DNA of 35,557 nucleotides, taken from the NCBI GenBank assembly GCA_041599835.1, contig JBFILF010000001.1, forward strand, positions 1-35,557, read 5' to 3'. Source of the stretch: Pirellulaceae bacterium (GTDB lineage: Bacteria; Planctomycetota; Planctomycetia; Pirellulales; Pirellulaceae). A model generated the notes under the pieces. The model was not told the DNA's origin. It was given only the letters and a program-made list of their open reading frames with translations, and did not search any database. The translations under genes and the position numbers were made by a program. Shown here piece after piece: positions 34,529 through 35,557 of the stretch (position 1 is the stretch's first letter; each line of letters starts with the position of its first letter).

Positions 34529-35557
34529 ATGTCAAAACGCAATCATTTCCGTACCCATCCAGTACAAAACGGCACCCTCCGGTTTGAGCGACTGGAAGAC
34601 CGCGTCCTATTGGCCGGTGATGTTTCCGTTTCGTTGGGCACGCTGCCTGCTGGAAAAGAATTGACTGTCGAATATCTGGTCGATGTGGACAATCCGTTTC
34701 CCAAGGGATTGGATCATGTATTCAATCAAGCGACCGTTTCCGGGACCTCCATCACGTCCACCGTAACGGACCCGGTCATTACGAACATTGACCTTGCGCC
34801 ACAGGTGACTGCCGTTTTCGTCAATGGCACGGCTTGGAACCCGGCATTTCGAACCGAGCTGGCAAATTTGGGTTTGGGCGACGCGACGTTTGGTTATGCG
34901 ATTCCGGACGGTGCTAATCAGTTGGACGTATTGCCATGGGTAAATATAGACCAGGTTTCCATTCAATTTTCCGAAGATGTCGATATTCAGAGTGCGGACC
35001 TGACCTTGCAAAGCATTGACCCTGTCGCGATTTCAAGTTTTGCCTATGATTTGACGACTTTCACTGCGACCTGGACGCTAACGGCGTCCGTGGGGAATAA
35101 CAAGATTCGCGCCGTTCTGGACGGAACATCGGCCGGCGCGGTTACCGATGCGGCCCTAAATCAAATGATGGACGGCGAATGGAATGAACTCGGCACGGCC
35201 GTGTTTAATTCCGGCGACGGTGTGACGGGAGGGGATTTCAATTTCCGCTTCAACGTTCAACCGGGTGATGTAACTGGCGAGGGCAACACGACGGTAACGG
35301 ACCTGGTAAATATTTCAGCATTGGTCGGAAGTTCCCCGCCGGGACCTTTGTACAGCGTGTTTTTTGATGTGAACGGATCGGCCGATATTACTGTCACGGA
35401 TCTGGTCAACACGTCAGCATATGTCGGCACCACACAACCTGCCGGCGAACCAGCAGGTCCGCCGGCCAGCGGGTGGCAGCCCGATGCAACGCCGCCACCT
35501 GATCCGCCAACGGGTACGTTGGGTGATCTGGACGTTACCAAGACAGCCAATCTGTTC
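34529..35557 (+). CDS. Secreted protein with an N-terminal 'LEDRVLLA' motif and dockerin-like Ca-binding repeats (3' end outside window)
   Basis: This ORF is not in the supplied track because no stop falls within the window. I translated it by hand from the ATG at 34529: MSKRNHFRTHPVQNGTLRFERLEDRVLLAGD... It is open for 343 codons to the window end. Dockerin-like repeats are GDVTGEGNTTVTDLVNI and DVNGSADITVTDLVNT. The antisense ORFs 34607..35011 and 35257..35550 are shadows. Confidence 0.72.
   Translation, partial: MSKRNHFRTHPVQNGTLRFERLEDRVLLAGDVSVSLGTLPAGKELTVEYLVDVDNPFPKGLDHVFNQATVSGTSITSTVTDPVITNIDLAPQVTAVFVNGTAWNPAFRTELANLGLGDATFGYAIPDGANQLDVLPWVNIDQVSIQFSEDVDIQSADLTLQSIDPVAISSFAYDLTTFTATWTLTASVGNNKIRAVLDGTSAGAVTDAALNQMMDGEWNELGTAVFNSGDGVTGGDFNFRFNVQPGDVTGEGNTTVTDLVNISALVGSSPPGPLYSVFFDVNGSADITVTDLVNTSAYVGTTQPAGEPAGPPASGWQPDATPPPDPPTGTLGDLDVTKTANLF

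Noticed and set aside
1-35557. Search for CRISPR arrays, rRNA or tRNA genes, transposases, integrases, prophage modules, reverse transcriptases and known defence-system genes.
   Set aside because: None found by eye. The only periodic repeats are the 44-nt and 24-nt tandem units described above, which lack CRISPR repeat-spacer architecture.

Overview
The window looks like a chromosomal segment of a Planctomycetota (Pirellulales-like) genome at roughly 53-55% GC. That assignment rests on lineage-typical families: a DUF1501 / DUF1549-DUF1553 / planctomycete cytochrome-c (CxxCH) cluster, a TIGR03067-type protein, a PEP-CTERM protein, and a secreted protein with an N-terminal 'LEDRVLLA' motif. Most genes are recognisable housekeeping genes: cysteine desulfurase, scpA, csrA, ftsH, dxr, rseP, a SpoU methyltransferase, an M48 peptidase and RidA. 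I found no rRNA, tRNA, CRISPR array, transposase, integrase or prophage structural module. The most interesting locus is a compact co-directional operon at about 30.95-34.1 kb. It encodes two paralogous small proteins of unknown function (the first has a consensus twin-arginine signal), three tandem paralogous phage-tail-collar-domain (MdpB-like) proteins and a GNAT acetyltransferase, with no phage genes nearby. Other points of interest:
- a Ser/Thr-kinase homologue that has lost its catalytic HRD and DFG residues (predicted pseudokinase);
- a hairpin-rich interspersed repeat family bracketing a PEP-CTERM gene;
- a four-gene secreted cluster (DUF1501, PPC-domain protein, DUF1549/1553, cytochrome-WD40-coiled-coil);
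- scpA followed by a zinc-ribbon/acidic-tail gene instead of scpB.
All family assignments come from reading motifs in the supplied translations. No database search was run.
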